In this document: positions 1 to 13,400 of the stretch, one piece after another | Layout of the letters: each line of letters opens with the position of its first letter | Numbering within the stretch: position 1 is the stretch's first letter | DNA from: Lytechinus pictus | Lineage: Eukaryota | DNA: 64,000 bases | Assembly (NCBI RefSeq): GCF_037042905.1 | Contig: NC_087251.1 | Coordinates: 14,262,001 to 14,326,000 of the forward strand | Direction: 5' to 3' | Notes under the pieces: model-generated | What the model was told of the DNA's origin: nothing | Seen by the model: the letters and a program-made list of their open reading frames with translations, nothing else | The model's database searches: none | Position numbers and translations under genes: made by a program

Positions 1-377
1 CCAGGCAGAGGTAAGCAATTTTGCTTTTTTGTGTGACTTTAATTTTTAAGAATTGTAAACAAAATACAATATTAGTATAGCCACTCAACGGGGCTCTTCC
101 CGTTGAGTGGTTATACTATTGTATCGGCAATGAAACGATGTTTGCTGACTTTAAAATCAACACCCAAACACGGGTGTGCAAGGTTAGTATAGCTAACCTC
201 GCACTCTGTGTGAGTGGGCCTTTATAGGCTACTCCCTTTTTAAATTCATTATTGATAATAAATAAAACAAAGCAATATATTCCAATCAGCTTTTGAGATT
301 GAAAAAACAAAGATCTCAAAATCAAACCAAATCAGCAGACTGCTAGAACAAAACTAGCAATGCACAAGTTAATTTAA

Positions 378-961
378 AGGAGAATGAAACTCTTGGAGCA
401 AGTTAGCTTTTGTGAAAGCAGAAAAATCAAAGAATAAGATCAACAAAAGTTTGAGTAAAATAGGACTAGCAATAGAAGAGTTATGAGCATTTGAATGTCA
501 AGATCACTAATGCTATGGAGATCCTCCTATTGGCAATGCGACCAAGATCTATGATGTCACAGATGAACAACTCTCCCCTTTTGGACACTGAAAATATACC
601 CCAAAACATCTCTTTTTGCTCATTCTAATCATATGACAAACGATTCATCAATGATATAATGTTGTGAAACCTCTGTACTTGTCCTCTCATAAAGAGAACA
701 CCTCACCTTGTGATAGACTCTATAAAAGTGAGAATATAAGTGAAATAAGTACTAAAGTAATGAGGGAGTTGTACGTGTGTGACATCACAGATCTTGGTCG
801 CATTGCCAATGGGAGGATCTACATGGCATTAGTGATCTCAATATTCAAATGCTCATAACTTTCTTATTATTCATTCAATCTTCCTAAAACTTTCAACAAT
901 ATGTTTCTTGGATTTTTCTCTTTGATATGGATTCAGCTGGTTTCAAGGGTTTCATTCTCCT
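378..961. mobile_element. TTAA-flanked MITE (Kolobok/T2-like), copy 1
   Basis: ttaa|AGGAGAATGAAAC...GTTTCATTCTCCT|ttaa; internal ~80-bp inverted repeats; near-identical inverted copy at 31375-31957. Confidence 0.9.
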
Positions 962-1459
962 TTAAGATTAATTCATGAACTGGTCGATAATTAGGCCTAA
1001 CTTTTGAACTGTATTTATTATGCACTGCAAATTCAGATTCTCATCCCATCAGCTACAATTGTTTTTAATTTAAATGTTTGCGCAAGAATTTGAAAACTAG
1101 CACTAGATACTAACTGTAGTTTTAAAACGAGGCATCACACGTATATCACATCTGTAATCCATTCATGACATTGGATTCTAAAGGTAAGCCAAATGATATA
1201 AGGTCAGGGGTTAATCTGTATTACCGTATGTGGTAGTCTGCAACCACCTTGCCTGTGATGAGTCTATGCAACACAAAATATTATTGTGTCTCAATTGTCT
1301 CGCATGAATAGCTTTTTAGCTGAAGTGGGGCGATATTTGTACAGTATGCATTTGATCATGATGTGACATTCAGCTTTGAGATCACAGAGCTGAGAGGACC
1401 CTCCATGGTAACTTGATGAGCTACATGTAGGTTCGGCTCAAGATCCTGAACCCGGTTAA

Positions 1460-1947
1460 AGGGGAAGTTCACCCTGACAAAACCTTATTGTAAAAATATC
1501 AGAAAAAATAATATATTATATTTTATATATTATAAAATTTTATAAAAAAGTTCTAAGAATTTTAATTATTTGATTTGTGACGTCATATGCAAGCAGCTTT
1601 CCTACATAGCGTATGGTAAAAAAAAATCAATGAAAAATCTTTTCAGAAAATTGAAAATGGTTTCAACTTTACCTTCAGTATATCAATAGGCAAATCATTT
1701 CACAACCAATCATAAAAAGAAAAAAAAAAAAAGGCATAATTCAGGAACGATTCAAAGATTGAAATTTATGCATTTTATATTACATAGCATGTGGGGCAGC
1801 AGCTCGTTTATGACGTCACAAATCCAAATTTTAAATTCTAACAACTTTCTAAATCTTTAATGGATTTTCTTCAAACCTTCACCAATATTTTTCATCATTT
1901 CTTCTGCTATTTTTACTACAAACTTTTCTTCAGGGTAAACTTCCCCT
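1460..1947. mobile_element. TTAA-flanked MITE (Kolobok/T2-like)
   Basis: TIR AGGGGAAGTTCACCCTGA / TCAGGGTAAACTTCCCCT, TTAA on both sides, internal TGACGTCA inverted motifs. Confidence 0.85.
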
Positions 1948-1974
1948 TTAAGACTAATCGAGGAAATTGGTATG

Positions 1975-2380
1975 AAGGAACGTTGACGTCACTCATCCAT
2001 TTCTTTTGTATTTTATTCTATGAAATTTTTTTGTTTTCTCCTCATTTTAATTTGAAACATATTTTGGTTCCTCATTCAACATGTAAAATTGACATTGTTT
2101 TAACGTGTTGTGACTAGATGAAGCTAGTCTTTTTGTCAAATCCGAATTCAAACAATACATTGCTAAAGAAAAAGTGAGTGAGTGAGTGAGTGACATCATC
2201 AACACTCTCATTTGCATATCACTGTGTGGTGCTGGTGCATATACATGTAACTATTTTTTGAAAATAAGCAAAATTTTAATTTTGAATGTTAAAGTTCTTA
2301 TCTTACATCTGATTTCAATGAAATTTTCAGTGTGTATATGCTTGTTTGATTTTTCTCTTCTTTTCTCCCTGTAGTTTTGA
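1975..2380. mobile_element. Truncated TTAA-MITE family fragment
   Basis: Similar by eye to the interior of the MITE at 57587-58408. Confidence 0.5.
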
Positions 2381-3716
2381 ACAAATGGGCAATTTTATTT
2401 ACATTAAAAAGAAAACTTGCATGTTTACAGAAGTAAAATGATAATGAATTAGACAAGCAAATACTTCAGCATACTCCATTTCACATTTAAATTTCTTCTC
2501 TTCCCTTTCAAATCATAAATGTAACATTCATCTAAATAATATGTTTTAATTGACTTTTGTATGTTAGCTCATCCGGCCTGAAGGGCCAGATGAGCTTATG
2601 CCGTGGCGTGGCGTCCGTCGTCTGTCGTCCGTCCACAATTTCAAAATGCTTCTTCTTCGCCATTTCAAGTCTGATTTCAATTCTGTTTACTTTATATGAT
2701 AGCACTAGGTATGGGATTCAAAACTTCTACACAGAATTTTGAAACTCATTAAATATGCTAATTTATGCGCATTTTTCAAAATTCACAAAAAATGCTTCTT
2801 CTTTATTTGTTGACCGATTTTGAATTTTTTACTTCCATCTGGTAGAGCTTTACGAGATTCACCAAACTTCTTCACAGAATTTTGAAATTTTGACTAGAAC
2901 AATTTTTATGCTAATTTATGCATATTTTAAATATTCACATAAAATGCTTCTTTATTTTTTGACCGATTTCGATTTTTTTTCTTCCATCTGGTAGAGCTTA
3001 TAAGGTTCACCAAACTTCTATACAGAATTTTGAAATTTGGAGTAGAAAATTATTTATGCTAATTTATGCGAAATTCATAAATCACAGAAAATGCCTCTTC
3101 TTTATTTGTTGACTGAATTTAAAAATGCTTCTTCTTCATCATTTCAAGTCTGATTTCAATTCTGTTTGCTTTATATGATAGCATTAGGTGGGGGATTCAA
3201 AACTTCTCCACAGAATTTTGAAACTAATTAATTATGCTAATTTACATACATGTGTATTTTTAAGAATTCACATAAAATGCTTCTTCTTTAATTGTTGACC
3301 GATTTTGATTTTTTTTTCTTCCATCTGGTAGAACTTCATGAGATTCACCAAACTTCTACACAGAATTTTGAAATTTTCAGTAGAAAATTATTTGTGCTAA
3401 TTTATGCGAGATTTATTCATAAATCACAGAAAATGCCTCTTCTTTATTTGTTGAATGATTTTGATTTTTTTTCTTCCATCTGGTAGAGCTGCATGAGGTT
3501 AACCAAACTTGTACACAACATTTTGAAATTTTGTCTAAAAAATTATTAATGCTAATTTATGCAAAATTTATTCATAAATCACAAATAAATGTTTGTTAAA
3601 TCAATTTCAATTTTGTTTGCTTTATATGATAGCTCTAGGTGGTGATACAAAATGTCAACACAGAATTTTGAAACTCATTAAAGGGATGGTCCGGGCTGAA
3701 AATATTTATATCTTAA

Positions 3717-5718
3717 AGGAGAAATATATTGATTATGAATATGGCCTTATTATATATCAGTGGAGAGGTAATGATGTGAGGATTACCATTAGGTCATTCA
3801 AAAATAACGAAAATAATACATAAGGTGGAAATCGCCAATTAAAAAGCGCTAAAATGCCTCTCCGAAATATGTCTCGCATCGGTCTCTGAATTGACTCGAA
3901 TTTGATGACGTCACTGTCTGTACGAGAGGCGTGATTGGCTCTCCCACGTCAAGCTCCACTTGCATGCAAAACCTGTTGCGAGGGTACGTTTTCTCCACAC
4001 TGACACTGAATACTTCGATCATGAAATGAAAGAAAACCCAGAAGTTTATCTAGATTTGGATTTTCAAATTGATGATTATGCAGATGAAGAGAATGATGAT
4101 AAAGTTTCTAACTCTAGAAAAACAAAGTGACGTGGATGGTGGTAAATTAAGGGAATTACGGCGGTGATGATGAGTAGGACAATTCAACTTGCAAGCCGAT
4201 TCGCTACCAACGCATGCAGCTGCTAGCTGCACCGCGGGTCAAATCCATGAAAATGAATTCCATGCAGCATGACCACATCCAGACAGAGTCTCTTTCCTCT
4301 ATCAACAACATAATGAGAAGGAAAATAATAAAATAACTGTACTTACAAATAAGTGAATATATCCGAACCTAGGCTGAAGGTAAATCAACTCAAGGAATAG
4401 CAGCAGACGATATGCACCGACGATGAATTTCACGTGGCTGGAATAGATTGTCACTCGTTCTGTTAGATAAAATGTATCTCATTATATTTTGACTAAATTA
4501 CGAAACTCGGAGAATTAGTATTCTACATAAAAATTAAGTAACACCTGGTACTATTTTTTGAATTACGATAAAATATTTTTGCAGCAAAGAAATTGAGGTA
4601 AATTAAAATAAGATATAAAGGATCATCCACTTAGCCGCATGCGATTGTAAACAAACAATCAAAAGCACATGGCCAGCTTGCTGGACTGAAAATACGTATT
4701 TTCAGTTCAGTGGCTTGCTCGCCCATAGAGTTGGATAAAGCGTAGCTTTATCCAACTCTATGTGCTCGCCTTGCTGATTGTTTACAATCGAATGCGAGCT
4801 AGGCGGATGATCTTTTATATCTAATTTTAATTCACCTCATTTTCTTTGCTTCAAAAAGGTTTTATCGTAATTCAAAAAATATAGTACCAGGTGTTACTTA
4901 ATTTTTATGTAGAATACTAATTCTCCGAGTTTCGTAATTTAGTCAAAATAATGAGATAGAAATTTTATCTAACAGAACGAGTGACAATCTCCCAGCCACG
5001 TGAAATTCATCGTCGGTGCATACCGTCTGCTGTTATTCCTTGAGTTGATTTACCTTCAGCCTAGGTTCGGATATATTCACTTGTTTGTAAGAACAGTTAT
5101 ATCATTATTTTCATTTTCATTATGTTGTTGATAGAAGAAAGAGACTCTGTCTGGATGTGGTCGTGATGGAATTCATTTTCATGGATTTGACCCGCGGAGC
5201 AGCTATCAGCTGCATGTGTTGGTAGCGAATCGGCATGCAAGTTGAATTATCCGACTCATGATCACCGGCGTAATTCCCCTAATGTATACCTCTATCCACG
5301 TCACTTTGCATTTTTTCTAGAGCTAGAAACTTCATCATCATTCTCTTCATCTTCATAATCATCAATTTGAAAATCCAAATCTAGCTAAACTTCTGGGTTT
5401 TCTTTCATTTCGGGATCGAAGTATTCAGTGACAATGTAGAGAAAACGTACCCTCGCAACAGGTTTTGCATGCAAGTGGAGCTTCACGTGGGAGAGCCAAT
5501 CACGCCTCTCGTACAGAAAGTGACGTCATAAAAAATCCCCAATTTCGCGGACGTAATTCTGCGTGTTTGAAGCATTCAGAGAGAGAACTTTAAACTATCA
5601 ATTAACTGAGTTCCATCGGTCTCCATGATAAATGATTTACATCATCGTGTTCTCCTTATTTTCTCCTTTAATTTGATATATGATTCTCCATTTTTACGAT
5701 TTTCAATATAGTTCTACT
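3717..5718. mobile_element. 2-kb TTAA-flanked foldback MITE nested in the previous MITE
   Basis: ttaa|AGGAGAAATATATTGA...TCAATATAGTTCTACT|ttaa; internal inverted arms about 3905-4660 and 4774-5529. Confidence 0.85.
4724..4762. mobile_element. 39-bp TIR-only hAT-like micro-element
   Basis: Perfect 18-bp stem CATAGAGTTGGATAAAGC, 3-nt loop, 8-bp direct repeat TGCTCGCC on both sides. Confidence 0.6.
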
Positions 5719-6659
5719 TTAATACATAGAGTAGATTTCACTGAGCAAAATGCCAAAAATTTCATCAAAATCGGATAAGAAATAATAAAGTTATTGAAGT
5801 TTAAAGTTAAGCAATATTTTTCTGAAAACGGTCGTCATGAATATTCATTAGGTGGGCTGATGATGTCACATCTCCACATTCAGTTTTCTTATGTTATTAC
5901 ATAAAATCATATTTTTTTCATTATTTCATAGTTGTGTGAATAATATGTACCCTTATAATGAAATAAGGTGCAGCAATAGATATCTAATGCACTAAATCAG
6001 TTGTCAATCCAATTTTTCTAGTTCTTGGAGGAAAAAATTGAATAAACCTAATTTCATAAAATAAAATACAAAAGAACAAGAGGGGATGTGACATCATCAG
6101 CTCACCTAATGAATATTCATGGCGACTGTTTTCACAAAATATTGCTAAACTTTGAAATTCAATAACTTTGTTATTTGTTATCCAATTTTGATGAAATTTT
6201 CAGCATTGTGCTCAGTGAATTCTACTCTATTTATTAAGCTATAAATACTTTCAGCCCGGACCATCCCTTTAAATATGCTAATTTATTCATATATTTTCAA
6301 AACTCACAAAAAATACTTATTTATTTGTTGATTGATTTTGATTATTTTTGTTCTATCTGAGAGCTACATGAGGTTCACCAAGGTTCTACACAGAGTTTAG
6401 AAATTTTGACTAGAAAATTATTTATGCTTAATTTATATGAAATTTATTCATAGATCACAAAAAATGCTTGTATGTAATTTCTTCATCAATTTCAATTCTA
6501 TATCCTCAATTAATGTCACCACTATAATTCACTACAGTGTCAACTGGGCTGAAATTAAAATTGTGTTAAATTTCGTTGCGAGATGCCGGATGAGCTCCAC
6601 ATCATTGATGTGCTAGTTTAAAATCGGGCACAGTCTTGTTCAGCATCGAAAAAAACAAT

Positions 6660-7010
6660 TTGTTTTCTAAAATAATAATAATAGAATTCAAAACAGCATC
6701 ATTTCGCTTTTCTTTGTATTCAAACAATATATTTTGTGGAGTAAACTTGATAGTAAACATAGGAGATGATATCCATGACTCTACTGTACTTTACTCCAAA
6801 TATTTCTACTGAAAATACAAAAGCGAAGAAAGTGTTCAATTGTTTTTCCTTTACAGTATTACAAAATGTACAGCACTCAGTACTGGTGATCTTCAGTTTA
6901 AATAGTATATTAAAAACCACAATTCTATTGAAAAATTTGTATTGGAAATATTTTAGCCTATTGTCCATTGTGAATCTGAAATCATCCTATTAAAATCAGG
7001 TATTCGAGCA
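6660..7010 (-). mobile_element. L1/Tx1-type LINE 3' fragment (zf-RVT region)
   Basis: RLKYFQYKFFNRIV...LFKLKITSTECCTFC resembles the C-terminal zinc-finger region of L1/Tx1 ORF2; degenerate. Confidence 0.65.
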
Positions 7011-7280
7011 GAGAGAGATAATTTTAAGAATAAACCATGGCAAAACATATGATTTCCTTTCATTTTCCATCTGCCATGCATCTTGTGCTTTACAACAATT
7101 CAATGTCACAAATTATAACTAACAAATGAATTCAACTACGTGTATTACAATGGTGATAGAAATCTTGGCTGCTCACAATGAAAATGTGTTACTACTATCA
7201 CAATACAACATGTCACGTAGTGTGGTCAAAGACTAAATAATCTATGAGATAAGTAATGTAGGTGTTTAATCTAATTCCAG

Positions 7281-7470
7281 CTGGGATGAAACTCATTTTG
7301 GCAAGATGGGGAGCTACTACATCAATCGCACATTCTTCTTTGATGTGCATCCACCGCTGGGTAAGATGTTGATAGGCCTTGCTGGCTATGTGTCTGGATA
7401 CAATGGCTCCTTCCCATTTGATAAACCTGGAGACAAGTATGGTGACACTGAATACTATGGCATGAGAGCT
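7281..7470 (+). CDS. POMT2: POMT2 exon A: (C)[35 protein letters not shown]...YYGMRA
   Basis: ttccag| acceptor, |gtaagt donor; catalytic DE motif of PMT loop 1. Confidence 0.96.
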
Positions 7471-10400
7471 GTAAGTTTTCCAACCATTATTTTTATTGAA
7501 TGATAATAATAAACATATAATAGTGCAACTTATAAAGTCTTCATATCCACTATAAAAACTGCAAGGCACAATTTTTTTTAAAAATAGTTTTCCAAAGGTT
7601 ATTATATTGCTGCTACAGTGTTTGCCTGAAAATACATGTATGGTGGTAATAGTAATTATACTTTATATAATGTATCTTGGAAGTTAAGCAAAGCCAATGG
7701 GTTGTAATCTACAGAGATGAAATAATGAATTAAATCTCAGTTAGGCTTGTAGTGTAAATTCACTTTAAGATTAAATAAAGTTATTCAAAGTTGAGATTGC
7801 TTTCATTTGCTTTTGGATCATTTGAATTTAATCAAAATTTTTATTGTATATAAGTACAATTGGAGGCCCATTTCATAAAGAGTTCCAACTATTGTAACTT
7901 TCATGGCATTGGAAACCTTGATTGTCTTCGGCTAATGAGGGCTGTTACCATGGTAGTTGCCTTAATGGCAAAGTAGCAGTAGTTGTAACTCTTTATGGAA
8001 CAGGCACCAGTTACATATAATTACTTTTGATCTTTACTTTATTTAGTTTTGTACCACCTTGGGATCACTGATCATCCCTCTGACCTACCTCACAGTGGAA
8101 GAAATGACCAAGTCAATTCCTGCAGCAGTAGTTGCATCCTCACTCATTCTTTTTGGTAAGCTTGTTCAGAATGATGAACTTGTCTAGATTGAATAAAAGG
8201 TATGTAATTTTTGGCCAATCTTACTTGTATTTCTGTTTATATTTACAACAGAGATGAGTTGAGATTGACATAAAAAAGAAAAATAGTAATAAAAAAAAGA
8301 AATTTAGTGTTAACTACCGGTATTAAAGATGAAATATGAGTAAATGTAAATTGACTGTATTCCCTGTATTCTCTGTTTTTTCGTGTAAAGACAAGAAATG
8401 CAGGTCCCTAAAATCACTCACTACCTCTTTTTTCTAATTCCTAAAGCCATCCACAGTTTATCTCTCTAGTAATGCATAAAATTTTAAAGGAAAACTATTG
8501 CATTGAAAGACAGCTAATTGATGCTGTCAGTTTGAACAATAAAGGCTGATTAATCAATACACATGCATGTGGAGAATGGTCTTTTACACTTTTACAGAAT
8601 TTTTTTCTTGGTCAATATTGTTTCCTAGACTGTGGATGCCTGACCCTGTCTCAGTACATCCTCCTGGATCCAATCTTAATGGTGTTTATCAGTGCTTCAG
8701 TCTTCTCTCTTGTCAAGTTCAGATCCTGTCACTCCAGTCCTTTCAGCCCAAGCTGGTGGGCTTGGATGTCTGTGACAGGAGTGTTCCTGGCATGTACTTT
8801 CAGGTATGGAATTACATTTGTCGTGCAGCAACTTTTTGGCCATGATACATATATTTTTTTCTGCCTGTTTATTGTAAATTATGCCCCTAATAAGTTGTTT
8901 AATCAAGGAGGTTTATTGTGAGCTCTGTAAATAAGCTGAAAGTTGTTGGTACTTTTACATGTTCCAACTATTAAAATAAAACATGAGAATAGCTTAGTGA
9001 ATTTGAATAACCCTCACAAAGACATTTTAAATATATTTTGCTTTAAACCAATCTACCAGATGATAGATAACAATGTAATTTGTAACATTCTCATGTCCAC
9101 TCTTCAGAGTGCTCAAGACGTTAATTGTCCTAATAAGCCTGGCTGGAGCTCAACTGTTGCCTATGTGTATCAGTATTTCAAGGAATGAAAATTCTTGCCA
9201 GGGACAGGCATTTATGTATGGAAAACTTATTGAGAAGTAATTAGAAATAAATGAATGATTTATTTTTTGACAGTGTAAAATGGGTTGGATTGTTTGTGAT
9301 CCTCCTTGCTGGTGTGTCTACAGCTCAGGACCTTTGGAATCTTCTTGGTGACTTGAGTCTTACAAAGGTAAATAGAATTTAAAAGGAATTTTTTCCTAAA
9401 TCCTGTATAGTGTGACTAAGTCCAGCAAAATGTTTTTTATGGCGTTCTGAACTTTTGACATGGTGTAGGAAATCCTCCCATGTATGCTATTAAAAACACA
9501 TTAAATGCTTCAGGGCCCCGTCTTACAAAGAGTTACGATTGATCCGATCAACCACAAGTATATGGAAATCCATCAATGTCATAATTTTTCTTCAGGAAAT
9601 TTGCACAATGTTTTTTGTAAACAAAGAAAAGCACACTTAATTTTCAAGAAAAGTATGAATGTATCAATATACATCATATCTAGAAAATATTTTGAACAAA
9701 CATGTGTTTAAGATGTTAACATTGGTGGCTTTCCATAGTTGTGGTTGATTGGATCAATCGTAACTCTTTGTAAGATTGGACCCAGGCCTCAATAATTACG
9801 TTGTATGGACTAACTCGTAACATCATAATGATATCATGAGATACGTTGATTAATGTTTTGTCATTTTACCTCCTTCAAATAGTTTGCAGTACAGTGAAAT
9901 GCTCTTTAATACAAAACTATACAAAGCAAGATAAACGGTATTCTGGACCAGGGTTCCGTTTCATAAAGACTTGTTATAATAACAAATACAAAAGATGTAT
10001 AACAAATGTACCATTAGCCAATCAAATGGAAGGATTTTGCTAGCTTTTAACTGTTATTGCAACTTTGTTATTGTAACAAGTTTTATGAAACGGGCCACAG
10101 ATGTCTCTTCTTGCCTAATCGATGAGTCTCTGACTTTATGACAAAATAACAAGAATCTCAGTATGTGTACAAATCAGATATGTTCGATTTGGGTATTTTC
10201 CATGCACACAGATGACACTGTTTTACCATCTCTTGGCGAGAGTATTGTGTTTGATATGTTTGCCAGCCATCGTCTACTCAGCGTTCTTTGCAATCCACTT
10301 CAAAGTCTTAAATCAAAGGTGAGATATGACACAGAATGTGATGACATTCCAGGAATATGATGCAATTTAAAAAAATGAAGATCTTTTAAGATGGTACAGT

Positions 10401-13400
10401 AATGTAACATATTGCCATATAGAAACTTGTGCAGATCAATGCAATTTAAATTTTTAATTATTCCAAATCTACTTAAATAAAGCGATATTAATTGGTCGCT
10501 AGCTCAGAACTAAAATATTAATTGATATAAGAATAAAAGGCTGCAGAAAACAGAAGGTTTCAAGTGAAATATTGAATGTAGGATATCATTTGTCCCCATG
10601 TTGGTTCTGCATGCATATTTAAGGATGGGCTAAACATTTGATCCAACTATTGTTTCAATTGCAGTGGGAATGGAGATGGTTTCTACAGCTCAGCATTCCA
10701 AGCCAAGCTCATAGGAAACAAACTTCATAATGCAGCTTTGCCGGAAGGTAAGAAAGTCTTAATGTTTGTCATCTGTCAATCAGAAAAATAAAGCCTAAGA
10801 AAACAACTATTAAGGGCATAACCAAATACCAAAAGACTCATGAAATTATGGATTCAAATATACTTTACATCACATTTTAAGTCTAGTATAACCAATCCTG
10901 GAGAAGCTGGCGTTTCAAATTGTGATTTTCCAGATTTGTATCAATCAAATCTTCTTGATGTCTGGGAATTCATGCCTTAAGGACGTTCCACAGTTATGTT
11001 TGTGCGCATCATGATCTGCGCATATTTTACACTGTGCGCGCTGACGTCACAATGGATGAACTTGTGATTTAATCAGCTGTAGGTATAATTATGTGAGCTG
11101 ATTTTTCTCCTTATCTAAACTTACTGCAGATCTGATGTGTTATTTTATGAAGCTATAATAAACTGGAATTATTCCAGGGACCATTTTTTGTATTCCTCTA
11201 CAATTTCAAAATTGTTTCTCTGTAGTGCTGCAAAGTATGATGAATATGGCCCCGAGTATGAATAAATGGAAAAGTGGTTCGGAATTTTTCCTCTCATAGA
11301 TAATGCTTTTGGCGCGTTTTCGGGTGTTTTGAGAAGCAAATTTGCTCTAATAAGAGTGCTGACAGTTTGAAAACAAGCACATAAACCCACATTTTTTAAT
11401 GATTGAACCTCTTAGGTATACCTTCCTCTACAACTTTGCAAAGTTTGGTGAACCTGACATGGGTTTTGAATAAAGTGCAGCATTTATTTTACTTCTCAAG
11501 TTTGTTATTGAAATTTGAAATTTTTGAGGTTGAGTATCTTTCCCGCAATTTCTAAGAACTGAGAGTGTTGTTAGACTTAAATGAGCGAACAATTGACAGC
11601 AGTATAGATAGATTACCCATCTTACGGATACAATTATTAATCATATTGCAAAATTTGATGAAATTTTCATGGATTTTGACTGAATAACAGGGCTTTAAAC
11701 TCAATGTTGTGATCTCGTGAGGTCTAAAAATGCCAAATTCTTTTGGATGCGCACTTTTTAAGAACATCATCCATTTTTGGTCAACTTTTAAGCTCTATAG
11801 CAAAAAAATCACGCACATGGACCCATGTTAATTTTTGCATATTTGGAATATTTAGGTGCTAAAGTATCTATGTGCAAAGTATGATGAAAACGACATAGAT
11901 TTTCAATGTTTGGGAGCAAGACTACGGAACCATTCGCATTTTAGACGGTATTTTGCTTGTTTTCGGCGCATTTTGGGCTGTTTCAAGCCAACTCGCAATA
12001 CTTTGGACAATGATAATGTGAAAATGAGCACATGGACCCCATAGTTTAAATGTCTTAACTTCTTCAGAATATATTCCTCTACAAATCTAGAGAGTATGAA
12101 GAAAATGACATGGATTTTGAATGTTTGGGAGCAGGACTAAGGAACCATTCGTATTTTAGACATTTTGGACGGTATTAGACTTTTTCCCGTTTTAGGCGCA
12201 TTATCCCGGCGCATATAGACTGTTTCAAGCAAACTCGCAACACTTTGGACACTGATAGTTGAAAAACCAGCACATGGACCCCATATTTCTAATATTTCAA
12301 TGTTTTCAGAATATATTATTTTACAAATCTAGAGAGTATGATGAAAATGACATGGATTTTGAATGTTTGGGAGCAGAACTACGGAACCATTCATATTTTT
12401 AGACAAAGGACGGTATTATCAGACTTTTACTTGTTTTCGGCGCATTTTGGGCTGTTTCAAGCCAACTCGCAACAGCTTAGACACTGATAGCTTAAAAACG
12501 AGCACATGGACCCCATGTTTTCAATATTTTAACGTCATCAGAATATATTCCTCTGTAAATCTAGAGAGTATGATGAAAATGACATGGATTTTGAATGTTT
12601 AGGAGCAAAACTACGGAACTATTAGAATTTTAGACGGTATTATTAGACTTTTGCACGTTTTCGGCGCATATAACATGTATAAGGTGCATTTCAATATTTT
12701 CAAGCCAACTCGCAACACTTTGGACACTGATAGTTTAAAAGCAAGCACATGGACCCTATATTTTTAATATTTTAATGTCTTTAGAATATATTCCTCTACA
12801 AATCTAGAGAGTATGATGAAAATGACATGGATTTTTAATGTTTGGGAGCAAATTATCGAACCATTTGCATTTTATAGGGTATTAAGAGACTTTTGCATGT
12901 TTTCGGCGCTTTTTAGGCGATTTTCAAGCCAACTTGCAACACTTGGGACACCAATAGTTTAAAAACGAGCACATGGACCCCATATTTTCAATATTTCAAT
13001 GTTTTCAGAATATATTATTTTACAAATCTAGAGAGTATGATGAAAATGACATGGATTTTGAATGTTTGGGAGCAGAACTACGGAACCATTCATATTTTTA
13101 GACAAAGGACGGTATTATCAGACTTTTACTTGTTTTCGGCGCATTTTGGGCTGTTTCAAGCCAACTCGCAACAGTTTAGACACTGATAGCTTAAAAACGA
13201 GCACATGGACCCCATGTTTTCAATATTTTAACGTCATCAGAATATATTCCTCTACAAATTTAGAGATAATGATGAAGATGACATGGATTTTGAATGTTTG
13301 GGAGCGAAAATACGGGAACCATTCGCATTTTAGACGGTATTATTAGACTTTTGCATGTTTAAGTCGCATTTAGGAGGATTTCAAGCCGTCTCGCAACACT

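Larger units (their letters stand above)
3682..6268. mobile_element. TTAA-flanked MITE inserted in the HINE (about 585 bp without its own insert)
   Basis: ttaa|AGGGATGGTCCGGGCTGAAA...TTTCAGCCCGGACCATCCCT|ttaa; splits a HINE unit seen intact at 2731-2765. Confidence 0.88.
2564..6618 (+). mobile_element. Helentron-associated non-autonomous element (HINE/DINE-1/pearl-like) with ~150-bp core repeats
   Basis: 5' subTIR AGCTCATCCGGC plus short IR, GTCC/GTCT microsatellite, tandem units marked by CACAGAATTTTGAAA, 3' subTIR GCCGGATGAGCT, 3' palindrome CACATCATTGATGTG followed by CTAGTT. Confidence 0.8.

Noticed and set aside
664..858. Identical 64-aa ORF also at 31477-31671
   Set aside because: Both lie inside copies of the same MITE; identity reflects recent transposition, not protein conservation.
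1345..1407. AG/GT-bounded 63-nt segment (YAFDHDVTFSFEITELRGPSM) and the donor-like site at position 11 as upstream POMT2 exons
   Set aside because: The open frame is phase 0/0 but exon A needs phase 2. The compatible frame (..EDPPC) has a TGA just upstream, and there is no recognisable POMT2 similarity.
4681..4762. Endogenous parvovirus/AAV-like T-shaped terminus
   Set aside because: No Rep or capsid remnants; the second hairpin is better explained as a TSD-flanked insertion.
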